Assembly: GCA_023957235.1 (NCBI GenBank)
Contig: JAMLHI010000002.1
Location: forward strand, 13,836-77,835
DNA length: 64,000 nt
Reading direction: 5' to 3'
Origin: Chitinophagales bacterium
Lineage (GTDB): Bacteria > Bacteroidota > Bacteroidia > Chitinophagales > JADIYW01
Position 1 is the first letter of the stretch; each line of letters starts with the position of its first letter. The notes beneath the pieces were generated by a model. It was given only the letters and a program-made list of their open reading frames with translations, was not told the origin of the DNA and did no database searches. Below are positions 16,932 to 27,410 of the stretch, piece by piece. Position numbers and translations under genes: made by a program.

Positions 16932-18140
16932 TCATTGACCAATATCTGATTTCACTTCAAACACAACTGTTTGACCTATTGATAGACAAGATGTTGCAGC
17001 AGGAGAAGGAGCATTGCATATATGAAGCATTTTTGGTGATTTCAATATCAAAAAATCATCTTCCATTCGCCCATCTCTCCATATTGCTTGAGCTCTGACT
17101 CCAGAAACAGAAGGTTCTAAATCTTCCAGCTTCAATGAAGGCATCAATTTTTGAGCAGACTTTAAAAACACTTTCTTAGACATAGATTTTTTCCATTCCG
17201 CAAAACCATCTTTCTTAAATTTTTTCAACATTCTCCAAAAACCTATATATAAAATACTGTCCCAAAAATCTATCCACGAAAAAGCTCTTCTCTGATATCC
17301 TTCACGCTTGAAAGATAAGACAGCATTGGGTCCTGCTTCAACCTCACCATTCATCATGCGTGTAATATGAATGCCCAAAAAAGGCAAATCGGAACGAGGT
17401 ACTGGGTAAATCAATCCATTGATATTTTTAGCGGCTGATGCATTAATTTTAAAGTATTCACCTCTAAAAGGAATAATCTGATGATTTAATTTCAATCCTG
17501 CCAACAAGGCAATTCTATCAGAAAACAATCCTGCACAATTAACAGCATAATCTACCTCATAGGAAGAATTCTGAGTATCAATTATCAATACTGATTGATT
17601 GGATATCTTTTTCACCTCTTGGTGATAGATAATCTCCACTCCCATTTTGAGTAACAAACGACTAATTGAATCAGCTAACAATTTAAAATCAATTATTCCA
17701 GTCTGTGGAATCCATAACGCAGACATGGCTTGAATTGCTGGTTCGATTTCCTCTATTTGCTCCTGATTTAATATTTTTACATCTTCTAGTCCATTCAGTT
17801 TTGCACGTTGAAATAACTTATCCAATTGAGCTAGTTCACTATGATGAGTAGCTACAATAAGTTTACCACAAATTTTATAAGGAACCTGATATTTATCACA
17901 AAACTCCAGCAACATTTTATATCCTCTAATGCAATTTTTGGCTTTCAGACTATCGGGCGAATAATAAACTCCTGAATGTATAACCCCACTATTGTGGCTA
18001 CTTTGATGCAAGGCAGACTCCTTCTCTTTTTCAAGGACTACAATATCAATATCATCTCTCCACTCTTTCAATTTCAAAGCAGTAGCCAGCCCAACTAAGC
18101 CTGCACCGATGACAGCTATTTTCTTACGAGACATCGTCAT
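16932..18140 (-). CDS. lhgO: FAD-dependent L-2-hydroxyglutarate oxidase/dehydrogenase-like
   Basis: KIAVIGAGLVGLATA Rossmann motif, ...SSHNSGVIHSGVYY...SLKA..C, ~400 aa, typical LhgO layout. Confidence 0.8.
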   Translation of the reverse strand: MTMSRKKIAVIGAGLVGLATALKLKEWRDDIDIVVLEKEKESALHQSSHNSGVIHSGVYYSPDSLKAKNCIRGYKMLLEFCDKYQVPYKICGKLIVATHHSELAQLDKLFQRAKLNGLEDVKILNQEQIEEIEPAIQAMSALWIPQTGIIDFKLLADSISRLLLKMGVEIIYHQEVKKISNQSVLIIDTQNSSYEVDYAVNCAGLFSDRIALLAGLKLNHQIIPFRGEYFKINASAAKNINGLIYPVPRSDLPFLGIHITRMMNGEVEAGPNAVLSFKREGYQRRAFSWIDFWDSILYIGFWRMLKKFKKDGFAEWKKSMSKKVFLKSAQKLMPSLKLEDLEPSVSGVRAQAIWRDGRMEDDFLILKSPKMLHICNAPSPAATSCLSIGQTVVFEVKSDIGQ

Positions 18141-19375
18141 TCAAAATCATTGTAAAGCAAATATTTCTTTCTAATTTTTTTGAACTTATCCAATCCATCT
18201 TGCCATGACTGTTTGATTTCTTCTTCATTCAATCCTGCTTTAATCTGCTCTTCCAGTTCCCTTGTACCAGTTAATTTAAGAAAAAATGGAGTGAAAAAAT
18301 TTTCACCTTGAAATGAATGATATGCTTCTAAAATTGGCTGAAGAGAAAATCCAAAATGTTGTAATTCACCAATATCTAACTTCGTATATGATTTGCCATA
18401 AGATTTTTTGCCCAATAAAGGAGGCTGGGTAGCACCTGGACGGCTCTCAGGTGTAAAAATTGTATCTTTAATTCCCGACAAAGGATGTCCCCACAATTGA
18501 AATTGAGCACTTGTTCCTCTTCCCACACTATATGGGGTCCCTTCAAACAAACACAATGAAGGATATAAATAAATAGATTTCATATTAGGCAGATTTGGAG
18601 AAGGGGGAATTGGAAGAAAATAAAAAGTTTGATGGTCATAATTTTTCATTTTTATGATTTTTAAATCACATTTCACTCCAGATTTCAACCATTTTTCACC
18701 ATTAATCATTTGAGCATACTCGCCTATCGTCATACCATGTACAATTGGGATTGGATGCATACCCACAAAAGAGGCAAACTCAGTTTCTAATATAGGTCCA
18801 TCCACATAATGTCCATTAGGATTAGGACGATCAAGAACAATCACTTGTTTGAAATTTTCAGCCGCAGCTTCCATAACATAGTGTAATGTAGAGATATATG
18901 TATAAAACCTCGCCCCTACATCTTGAATATCAAAAACTATAATATCTATATTTTTAAGCTGTTCTACACTCGGCTTTTTATTTTTCCCATATATTGATAA
19001 AATAGGAACTCCTGTTTTTATATCTATTTCATTAGCCACTTTAGCTCCTGCATCAGCTTGCCCACGTACACCATGCTCTGGTGCAAAAGTTGCAGTAATA
19101 TTGACTCCCAAACTTACCAACGTATCCAAAAGCAAGGTATTCCCAACTGTTGAAGTTTGGTTAATGACCAGACCAATTCTTTTATCCTTCAAGATGGGCA
19201 ATAATTCGTTCAGCTGTTCAGCACCCACTATAATATGGGATGATGGCTGAATGGGTTGCTCGTTACTGGTTATCATATTTGAAGAAGTCATTTTAGGCTG
19301 ACACTGTACAACAAAGGGAGATAACACAAAGAATATGCAAATTAAGGAGTTGAAAATATTTATCTTGCAGGACAT
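18137..19375 (-). CDS. DUF1343 / NamZ-like exo-beta-N-acetylmuramidase family protein
   Basis: RIGLVINQTS, FAPEHGVRG..DAG, DIIVFDIQDVGARFYTYISTL, LDRPNP, HPIPIVHGMT are characteristic DUF1343 blocks. ATGA overlap with lhgO. Confidence 0.85.
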   Translation of the reverse strand: MSCKINIFNSLICIFFVLSPFVVQCQPKMTSSNMITSNEQPIQPSSHIIVGAEQLNELLPILKDKRIGLVINQTSTVGNTLLLDTLVSLGVNITATFAPEHGVRGQADAGAKVANEIDIKTGVPILSIYGKNKKPSVEQLKNIDIIVFDIQDVGARFYTYISTLHYVMEAAAENFKQVIVLDRPNPNGHYVDGPILETEFASFVGMHPIPIVHGMTIGEYAQMINGEKWLKSGVKCDLKIIKMKNYDHQTFYFLPIPPSPNLPNMKSIYLYPSLCLFEGTPYSVGRGTSAQFQLWGHPLSGIKDTIFTPESRPGATQPPLLGKKSYGKSYTKLDIGELQHFGFSLQPILEAYHSFQGENFFTPFFLKLTGTRELEEQIKAGLNEEEIKQSWQDGLDKFKKIRKKYLLYNDFE

Positions 19376-19409
19376 TTGATTAAGATTGGTTGACTAAAAT
19401 AAAACATTT

Positions 19410-20636
19410 TTGAATACGTCTTGGTATATAGCAAAACAGATTTCCCAAGGAAGTAAAAAATCTTTCTCTAGATTCATTGTACAGATTGCTATTTTTTCTA
19501 CTTCTTTGAGTATCGCTACCATGGTCGTTGCAATTTGCATGGCCAATGGATTTACTAAAGAAATCCGAGAAAAAGTTTTTGGCTTTTGGGGACATATTCA
19601 GATTGAAAGATTCCAAAACAATAATTCTTATGAGAATTCACCTATCACAGAAGATGCCAAACTTTTAAATGCAATATATTCTATTCCAGAAGTGAAATCT
19701 GGAGCTCCTTTTATCAATAAGGCGGGGATCATCAAAACAAAAAATGCGATGGAAGGCATTATCCTAAAAGGTGTTAATCAAGAATATGATTGGAAATTTA
19801 TTCAAACCTATCTTGTTGAAGGACATACTCCTAAAGTCCAAAAAGATAGCACATCCAGAGAGATTTTAATTTCATCAAGTACTGCAAAACGAATAGAAGT
19901 TAAAACTGGAGATGCATTGATCATTTATTTTCTTTCAAAAGATGGAATACGCCCAGTAGGAAGAAAATTTAAAGTGGCAGGTCTATATCATACTGGCCTT
20001 GAAGAGTATGACACTCGCTTTGCAATAGGTGATGCTAAAATCTTACAAGATATCAATCATTGGTCATCCGATCAATATAGCGGCTATGAAGTCAAAACCA
20101 AGGATATCAGTAACTTGCCAGAAACCACTCAAAAAATTTATCAAGTATTGCCTCCTTTATATAATGCTACTAGTATAAGAGATATTCAAAGTAATATTTT
20201 TGACTGGTTGGAATTATTGGTAAAAAATGAGGTATTTGTATTGATACTCATGTTAATAGTTGCATTACTCAATATGACTACGGCGTTGATGATTTTGATT
20301 TTAGACAGAACTAAAATGATTGGGATTTTAAAAGCAATTGGTGCTACACAAGCTCAGATAAAAAATATTTTTATTTATAATGCCATGATTATTTTAGGAT
20401 ATAGTCTCACTATAGGCAATCTTATTGCGTTGGCAATCTGTTGGTTACAACAAACTTTTAAAATCATCAAATTAGACGAATCAGCATATTATTTTAAAGA
20501 AGTACCTGTTCAATTTGACTGGATTTCAATTATTGGCATTAATCTTTTGACCATATTGATAACACTACTCATACTATTGCTACCATCAATGATAATCTCA
20601 AAAATATCTCCATTGAAAGCTATTCGATATGATTAA
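19410..20636 (+). CDS. LolC/LolE-type (FtsX-like) ABC transporter permease
   Basis: N-terminal TM, large periplasmic MacB-like domain, C-terminal FtsX block (LILDRTKMIGILKAIGAT...I..IF). Only a TTG start (19410) is available. Confidence 0.85.
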   Translation: MNTSWYIAKQISQGSKKSFSRFIVQIAIFSTSLSIATMVVAICMANGFTKEIREKVFGFWGHIQIERFQNNNSYENSPITEDAKLLNAIYSIPEVKSGAPFINKAGIIKTKNAMEGIILKGVNQEYDWKFIQTYLVEGHTPKVQKDSTSREILISSSTAKRIEVKTGDALIIYFLSKDGIRPVGRKFKVAGLYHTGLEEYDTRFAIGDAKILQDINHWSSDQYSGYEVKTKDISNLPETTQKIYQVLPPLYNATSIRDIQSNIFDWLELLVKNEVFVLILMLIVALLNMTTALMILILDRTKMIGILKAIGATQAQIKNIFIYNAMIILGYSLTIGNLIALAICWLQQTFKIIKLDESAYYFKEVPVQFDWISIIGINLLTILITLLILLLPSMIISKISPLKAIRYD

Positions 20637-20639
20637 ATA

Positions 20640-21767
20640 TTATAAAAGGCTCAATATTTTACTAGCATTTTGCGCATTGTTAAATTGATTGAAAATCATT
20701 TTTTTTCTATTTCCCAACATTTCTTTAGTGAAAGGAACCTCTTTTAACTTTTCTATCAATTGTTGTATTTCTTGGAAAGTAGTAAACGTATATATTCCAG
20801 CCTCTTCAATCGTATCGGAAAAAATCTCTGGATGAACGATTATAAATCTTGCAGTATAAAGTGCGTTCACCCATTTTATTTTCATTCCAGTAGGCTGTCG
20901 ATTAGGCAATACATGAATATGTGCATGAGTCATCAAACTAACCATTCTCAACTCTGTAGGGTTAGCTTCCAAAGTGGTATGAACAAATGCATTAGCAGCA
21001 TGAATGACTCTCTTAGTAGGATTCTTTCCTGCAACGATTAATGGAAAATCAATATTTAGAAATACTTTCCCCACTAAATCAATTGATGCCTTCTCATTTT
21101 CATTGATAGATAAATTGCCATGAAAAATAGCATAACTACCTTTCCCTTCTATAATATTCAAAATATTAAAATCATGAAAAGGCATAATAGCTTGAATAGT
21201 AGAGCTCGGGTATTTTTCCTTTAAATACAATTCATCCTTGTAGGAAATCGCTATAATATTTGTTGATTGGATACATTCTTCAAATTTTTTCAAGCGCCTT
21301 GCTTCCTCTAAAAAATACTTTTTCTTGACAAATGAAGGTTCCAATTCTGCTAAAAAACTATAATATTTCCATTCAATATTATGCATACGAATGGCAAAAG
21401 GAATCTGATGTGCCTTCAATACATCTACTAAAAAGCAAGTATGAAGACCTTCTAACAATATGGGCTTCCCAATCTTCAACACATTGCTTATCAATAACTT
21501 ATTATATCTTGAAGCTAAAATATATGGCCAATTTTGAAGATATTTATAAGTATTTTCCCTTTTATAATATTGGACAGAAGCACAAAGTTTTTCTAATTCT
21601 GAGCTAGGCTGGTGTTCTTCATAAATATAAGCATGCAAATGCACTTTAACGCCCATCTCAAAGAAAGTCTTTAATCTATAATACACATCTATCACTCCTC
21701 CATAATTGGCAGGATAAGGAGATGCAAAAGCAACAATCTGAATTTCTTTAGAATTATAGCTGCTCAT
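20640..21767 (-). CDS. glycosyltransferase (GT-B fold, family 1/4-like)
   Basis: 375 aa. IQIVAFASPYPANYGGVIDVYYRL N-terminal strand-loop. 14-nt overlap with the upstream GT4 gene. Confidence 0.7.
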   Translation of the reverse strand: MSSYNSKEIQIVAFASPYPANYGGVIDVYYRLKTFFEMGVKVHLHAYIYEEHQPSSELEKLCASVQYYKRENTYKYLQNWPYILASRYNKLLISNVLKIGKPILLEGLHTCFLVDVLKAHQIPFAIRMHNIEWKYYSFLAELEPSFVKKKYFLEEARRLKKFEECIQSTNIIAISYKDELYLKEKYPSSTIQAIMPFHDFNILNIIEGKGSYAIFHGNLSINENEKASIDLVGKVFLNIDFPLIVAGKNPTKRVIHAANAFVHTTLEANPTELRMVSLMTHAHIHVLPNRQPTGMKIKWVNALYTARFIIVHPEIFSDTIEEAGIYTFTTFQEIQQLIEKLKEVPFTKEMLGNRKKMIFNQFNNAQNASKILSLL

Positions 21768-22860
21768 AGATATTTAAAAGGTTTGATTTTTCATTTTCCC
21801 AATTCCATAGTTTTTTAGCTTTCATTGTATTTTCTTTTAAGTTATCATATTTTTTTGAATCTGACAACAATGTATGAATAGCTTCATAGATGAAAGAGGG
21901 ATTGAGATTATCAATTAATATAGCCACTTCATACTGGGCATTCAAGTGAGCATACTCTGGAAAATTCATTGTGATCTGAGGAATTTCAGCTTGGATATAA
22001 TCAAAAAATTTATTGGCTAATGAATAATAATAATTCAATCCTTTGTTTTCCAATAGATTCACTCCTAAATATGCATTTTCAGTATAAATCCATAATTGCT
22101 CAGGATCTAGATTACCTAAAAATCTCACTTTATGATGAAGATGAAGAAAATTAACTTTTTCTTTCAGTTGGTCTTCAATATCTCCTCTACCGGCTATATA
22201 CAATGTAATATCCAATTCTTTCATGGCATCTATCAACTCTGCAATACCCCTACCTACATTTAATGCCCCTTGGTACAATATATATTTTTCATCAGAATGA
22301 GGATGAGATTCCTTTGAAAAAGGCATATTTCTCACCAAACCAATTTGGCACAGATATTTTGAACTTAACTCATCCGCTATACTCTGGCTTACGGTATAAA
22401 CACTATCCATTCTAGGAAGAAAAAAAGATTCGATTTTCAACCAAAACTGATGAACTTTAGGGCGTTCAATAATCTCAGGGCAATATGGAAACCATTCATG
22501 AGCATCATAAACCTTTTTGACATTTTTAATCTTTCCAACAATATAAGCAGGAATAATAGTATCTAAATCAATAGCATTTACAATATCGAAACGATGAAAA
22601 AGCAACCAAATCATCAATCGAATATTATATTCTGTATAAAACAAAAAACCTTTATTCCAATAACATTTCATACGAATCTGCTGAAAACTTCTTTCAACCA
22701 ATGGAGCAGAATTGGGCAATTGCCTTCCAATTAAAATAACATCAAAACCACTTTGAATAAGTGTATCGCAGATTCTATGCATACGCTGGTCTGAGGTCAA
22801 ATCATTGATGACCATGCAAACAATTTTCTTAGGCAAGTTGGATGTATTCTTTACTTTCAT
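21754..22860 (-). CDS. glycosyltransferase family 4-like
   Basis: KIVCMVINDLTSDQRMHR N-terminal motif, ...ILYQGALNVGRGI.ELI.AM..L.....YI.G.GD.. C-terminal GT-B half. The annotated start overlaps the recQ 3' end by 32 nt. Confidence 0.75.
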   Translation of the reverse strand: MKVKNTSNLPKKIVCMVINDLTSDQRMHRICDTLIQSGFDVILIGRQLPNSAPLVERSFQQIRMKCYWNKGFLFYTEYNIRLMIWLLFHRFDIVNAIDLDTIIPAYIVGKIKNVKKVYDAHEWFPYCPEIIERPKVHQFWLKIESFFLPRMDSVYTVSQSIADELSSKYLCQIGLVRNMPFSKESHPHSDEKYILYQGALNVGRGIAELIDAMKELDITLYIAGRGDIEDQLKEKVNFLHLHHKVRFLGNLDPEQLWIYTENAYLGVNLLENKGLNYYYSLANKFFDYIQAEIPQITMNFPEYAHLNAQYEVAILIDNLNPSFIYEAIHTLLSDSKKYDNLKENTMKAKKLWNWENEKSNLLNIYEQL

Positions 22861-24748
22861 CTGTCCATTTCAATTGCTGCTCATCTAATAAAACCTTTAT
22901 CATGTCAAGATACTGGTCTTTTAAAGTAATCCCTAGACTTTCAGTTAATACTTTTACAGACACACCTTCTAAGCCATAGTTTGCCATTTTTCTCAAAATA
23001 CGAATACGGATTTCTTCTACATTGACTTGCAGAAGTTGCTTTTCTCTTAGACAATGATCACATACGCCACATTTTTCAGGAGAAGATTCACCAAAATAAT
23101 TTCTGATAACTACTTGACGGCAAGTTGAAACATCAGCCTCAGCATAATCCAGCATACCTTGAATGCGTTTATTCATCTGATTTTTAATAAAATCTATCCA
23201 TTTTACATCTAGTCTTATCTTATCCTCCATGATACGCTCTTCCAGAAAATGAATACGAGGTTTTTCAGAACTTGGGATATAAATCAACACACCCCTTTCT
23301 GTCAATTCTTTCAACATTTTAATACAATCATTAGGATGAAGGTTGGCTTTTTTTGCCAATTCAAATTCATTGATTTTAGCAATAAAACTCAGCACACCCT
23401 CGTATGTCCTTAGAATAGCTTTAATCAAACCATCATATTGAATATTAGCCACTTGAAAGCGATATAAATCAGTTCTATTCATTTCAAATTTCAATCTTGA
23501 AGGCAAATAAAATGCTTCTCCTAAAGTCAAGTAACCTGCTTGTTCCAATAATTTAAATGCATTAAAAACTTGCAAAGCATCCCATTTATATCTTCTTGCA
23601 AACTGGGCTAAATTAAATTCAAAACTATGATTCTTTCCTCCTCCAAAAGATATATTCAAATAATTGTACATGGCATTATAAACTGTTTTAACAAATTCAT
23701 AATCAGGGAATTTTTCTTCGACCGATGCGAATAATTTGTCTTTATCTTTTTCATTATAAAGCAAAACGGCATAACTTCTCTTTCCATCTCTTCCTGCACG
23801 ACCTGCTTCTTGATAATAGGCTTCTAGCGAATCAGGAATATCAATATGGACTACTGTTCTCACATTGGATTTGTCTATACCCATTCCAAATGCATTTGTA
23901 CAACACATCACTCTAATCTTATTTTTCAACCAATCATCTTGTCTTCGACTTCGTTCTTCAGCGTTTAGGCCTGCATGGTAAAATGTGGAGGAAATTCCCT
24001 TAGCTATTAGATATTTTGAGACTTCTTCTGTACGTTTTCTATTTACCGTATAAACAATTGCAGTTCCATTGACTTTTTGTAAAATATCTAGCAGCATTTC
24101 CGATTTGGAAGTATGTTCTCTCACCACAAAAGAAATATTAGGTCGTTCAAAAGAAGCCCTAAAAATTTTTACATTCTTCTTTAATTCAAGAGAAGCTATA
24201 ATATCATTCTGCACTTCCAAAGTTGCACTTGCGGTCAATGCTATAATAGGAATATCAGGGAAATATTCCCTTATCGAAGCAATATTTCTATAACTAGGTC
24301 TAAAATCAAAACCCCATTGAGAAATACAGTGTGCCTCATCAACCGCTAGCATAGATATAGGCAAAGTCTTGAAAGCAGTCAAAAATCTTGGGGAGGTCAA
24401 TCTTTCGGGTGATATATATAGCAACTTAGTATGCCCGACTGCACAGTTGTTTAATATCCTGTCTATCTCATATTCACTAATACCAGAAAAAATTGCTCCA
24501 GCATTGATATCCCGTTTTTTCAATTGCTGAACTTGATCTTTCATCAGAGCAATTAAAGGAGAAATCACTATACATAAACCATCCTGCAACAATGCCGGCA
24601 ATTGGTAGCAAATAGATTTCCCTGCACCAGTAGGAAGTAAAGCTAATACATCATGACCTAGAAGATGAGCTTCTATAATCTCAGCTTGAGGAAATCTGAA
24701 GGATTCATATTTCCATACTTTCTTTAATATCTCTAAAGCATTACTCAT
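22829..24748 (-). CDS. recQ: ATP-dependent DNA helicase RecQ
   Basis: FR..Q.EII, LPTGAGKS, DEAHCISQWGFDFRP, ALTASAT, CTNAFGMGIDK, QE.GRAGRDG, plus Zn-binding CDHC. Confidence 0.93.
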   Translation of the reverse strand: MSNALEILKKVWKYESFRFPQAEIIEAHLLGHDVLALLPTGAGKSICYQLPALLQDGLCIVISPLIALMKDQVQQLKKRDINAGAIFSGISEYEIDRILNNCAVGHTKLLYISPERLTSPRFLTAFKTLPISMLAVDEAHCISQWGFDFRPSYRNIASIREYFPDIPIIALTASATLEVQNDIIASLELKKNVKIFRASFERPNISFVVREHTSKSEMLLDILQKVNGTAIVYTVNRKRTEEVSKYLIAKGISSTFYHAGLNAEERSRRQDDWLKNKIRVMCCTNAFGMGIDKSNVRTVVHIDIPDSLEAYYQEAGRAGRDGKRSYAVLLYNEKDKDKLFASVEEKFPDYEFVKTVYNAMYNYLNISFGGGKNHSFEFNLAQFARRYKWDALQVFNAFKLLEQAGYLTLGEAFYLPSRLKFEMNRTDLYRFQVANIQYDGLIKAILRTYEGVLSFIAKINEFELAKKANLHPNDCIKMLKELTERGVLIYIPSSEKPRIHFLEERIMEDKIRLDVKWIDFIKNQMNKRIQGMLDYAEADVSTCRQVVIRNYFGESSPEKCGVCDHCLREKQLLQVNVEEIRIRILRKMANYGLEGVSVKVLTESLGITLKDQYLDMIKVLLDEQQLKWTDESKEYIQLA

Positions 24749-24871
24749 GAAGTGTAATCACTAAAGATAAGAATTAATCAAAAATGAAAAACCATAAAAG
24801 ATTTCCAATCTAGCCAACTGAACTAGAATTGCTTTCATCAGAATCAATAACTAAAATAGTCACCCAATTCC

Positions 24872-27088
24872 TCAATCTATATTCTCTGTATGTAACAATT
24901 CATCTTTAGTACTCAATTCAAAATCTATTGTTTTCTTTCTTTTATCTACAAAAGATAATTTGACATAAATTTCATCACCGAGGTAATATTTTTTATCAGT
25001 AAATATGCCTTTTATCAACATATTTTTTTCGTCAACCACATATTTATCATCACCGAAGCTATCTAATCGAATCATACCTTCAGTATTATATTCAGGCAAT
25101 TCTACATACACTCCCCATGACTTCACTCCTGAAACAACTCCCCTAAAAACTTCCCCAATTCTGCATTCCATAAATTCAATCATCTTGAATTTTACTGAAT
25201 CTCTCTCTGCATCCATAGCCGCACGCTCTCTCTCTGAACTATGCTTACACTGCAATTCTAATTCAGCTTTTTTGGGCATAGGTTTTTGGTCTAGAATATT
25301 CTGCAATAGCCTATGTACCATGACATCAGGATATCTTCTAATAGGTGAAGTAAAATGTGTATAATACTCAAAACCCAACCCATAATGTCCAATATTCTCA
25401 GTAGAATATATAGCTTTTGCCATGCATCGAATAGCTAATTGCTGCAAAAGTGACTGCTCAGGGTGACCTTCAACTTCTTCCATCAAACGATTTAATTCTT
25501 TGCTTATTTTTTTGGGATTATCTAAGTTGAGTTTATATCCAAATCGTGCTGCAAACAATCCAAAATCTTTAAGTTTTTCTTGATCAGGGTCATCATGAAT
25601 CCGATATACAAATGGTTTTGCTCCTTGCTTGTTTTTATCCTGCCCAACAAATTGAGCTACATGCTTATTGGCCAAAAGCATAAAATCTTCTACCAACATG
25701 TGCGCATCTTTTCTTTCTTTTACTATTACGCCTATAGGTTTGCCACTTGCATCCAATTGAAATCTCAGTTCTTGAGAATCTAAAATCAATGAACCTTCTT
25801 CAATTCTCTTGGCTTTCAATTTCTTTGCAATAGTATTGAGTAATTTTAATTCATCTGCAAATTCATCTTCTTTGCCATCCAATACCTCCTGAGCTTCTTC
25901 ATAAACATACCTCCTATTAGAACGTATAATCGTCCTTCCAAACCATTGATTATACACACTTCCATTAGTATCCATTTCAAATACTGCTGAGAAACAACAT
26001 TTTTCTTCATCAGGCCTTAGAGAACAGATAATATTTGACAACTGCTCTGGCAACATGGGAGCTACCCTATCAGCAAGATATACAGATGTCGCTCTTTTAT
26101 AAGCATCTCTATCCAATGCACTTCCTTCTAGTACATAATGAGAAACATCTGCTATATGGACACCTATCTCCCATCTATCATTACCCAACAACTGAACTGA
26201 CAAAGCATCATCAAAATCTTTGGCATCCAATGGATCAATTGTAAAAGTAGTGATTGACCTAAAATCGCGTCTCTTAGCAATTTCTGACTTAGGAATTTCT
26301 ACTTTAATTTTTTCAGCTTCTTTAAGTGCTTCTTTGCTGAAATGCAAGTAAAAACCATTTTCAATCAATAAAGATTTCATCTCTACATCATTATCCCCTG
26401 CTCTCCCCAACACTTCTGTTATTTTCCCAAAAGGATTTTTGGCTCTATCTGGCCAATCTAATAGCTGAACGACTACCTTATCGCCATTTTGAGCTCCATT
26501 CAATTTGTCATCAGCAATATAAAAATCAACATTCATGGAAGAATCTTCTATCCTTACAAAGCTATATTTCTTCTTATCCAAACGACCAATAAATATCGTT
26601 CTATGACGCTCTATAATATCCACGACTTTTCCTTCTGGTCTATTTTTTGATCCAGAAGTAATCTGCACCTTCACTTTATCTTTATTAAAGGATTTTTTAA
26701 GATGCCTTTCTAAGATAAAAATATCTTTTCCACCATTTTCAGGAATCAGATATGCACTCCCATTTTTAGTCACATCCAAAATACCTATAACCTCTTCTCC
26801 TTCATTTACTGCACTTTTTCCATGAGAATGGGCAGCTATTTTAAGCTTAAATTTATTACCATCTGACATTGAAAGTAAGCCTTCAGCTGTCATATTGAAC
26901 AGCGTCTTGATGATCACACTTTTAGAAAATTGAACCGATAGTTTCCTTGAAATTTGTCCTTCCGAAACTGCTTTATTCTTGTCCAAATCTCTTAAATATT
27001 TGAGAATAGAACTTCTTGCATCTGTTTTCTTCTCTTGTTTATCTGTTTGTTTTTTCTTTGACATTTTTTTCTTTTTATACATATGCAC
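24872..27088 (-). CDS. rnr: ribonuclease R
   Basis: RNB domain (TIDP.DAKDFDDA, HIADVSHYV, SVYL.DRV.PMLP, HYGL....YTHFTSPIRRYPD), cold-shock-like N-terminus and C-terminal S1 (G.V.GV..WG.YVEL). The real start may be a downstream Met (27082 or 27064). Confidence 0.93.
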   Translation of the reverse strand: MHMYKKKKMSKKKQTDKQEKKTDARSSILKYLRDLDKNKAVSEGQISRKLSVQFSKSVIIKTLFNMTAEGLLSMSDGNKFKLKIAAHSHGKSAVNEGEEVIGILDVTKNGSAYLIPENGGKDIFILERHLKKSFNKDKVKVQITSGSKNRPEGKVVDIIERHRTIFIGRLDKKKYSFVRIEDSSMNVDFYIADDKLNGAQNGDKVVVQLLDWPDRAKNPFGKITEVLGRAGDNDVEMKSLLIENGFYLHFSKEALKEAEKIKVEIPKSEIAKRRDFRSITTFTIDPLDAKDFDDALSVQLLGNDRWEIGVHIADVSHYVLEGSALDRDAYKRATSVYLADRVAPMLPEQLSNIICSLRPDEEKCCFSAVFEMDTNGSVYNQWFGRTIIRSNRRYVYEEAQEVLDGKEDEFADELKLLNTIAKKLKAKRIEEGSLILDSQELRFQLDASGKPIGVIVKERKDAHMLVEDFMLLANKHVAQFVGQDKNKQGAKPFVYRIHDDPDQEKLKDFGLFAARFGYKLNLDNPKKISKELNRLMEEVEGHPEQSLLQQLAIRCMAKAIYSTENIGHYGLGFEYYTHFTSPIRRYPDVMVHRLLQNILDQKPMPKKAELELQCKHSSERERAAMDAERDSVKFKMIEFMECRIGEVFRGVVSGVKSWGVYVELPEYNTEGMIRLDSFGDDKYVVDEKNMLIKGIFTDKKYYLGDEIYVKLSFVDKRKKTIDFELSTKDELLHTENID

Positions 27089-27361
27089 AATTGGATAATC
27101 TCAATTCAAATGCATACCTCTTCTATCATCAATTTAGCACCATCCAATACATTCAAGTAAAAATCTTCAAATTCTATGATTATCAATTCATTTTATCTCT
27201 GATAATAAAATTATCTTTAGTAAGTTCACTTGAAATAAATATGCTTATTAATAGGATAAATATACTAAAAGAATATTCTATCCTTGATTTCCTGCTAATT
27301 GATTTCCATAAAAACTCAAAGCACTAAAAAAATAAAATGATAAAATCAAAAATATCTATAT

Positions 27362-27385
27362 AAAAAAGGGCTGCAATTGCAACCC
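27362..27385 (-). terminator. rho-independent terminator after the DUF5689 lipoprotein gene
   Basis: Minus strand reads GGGTTGCAATTGCAGCCC (one mismatch) followed by TTTTTT. Confidence 0.7.
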
Positions 27386-27410
27386 TTAAAATACTTTGAC
27401 AACTGACAAC

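Noticed and set aside
19380-19616. 78-aa minus-strand ORF at the DUF1343/lolE junction
   Set aside because: It is antisense to the conserved N-terminal TM region of the LolE-like permease and has no independent support.
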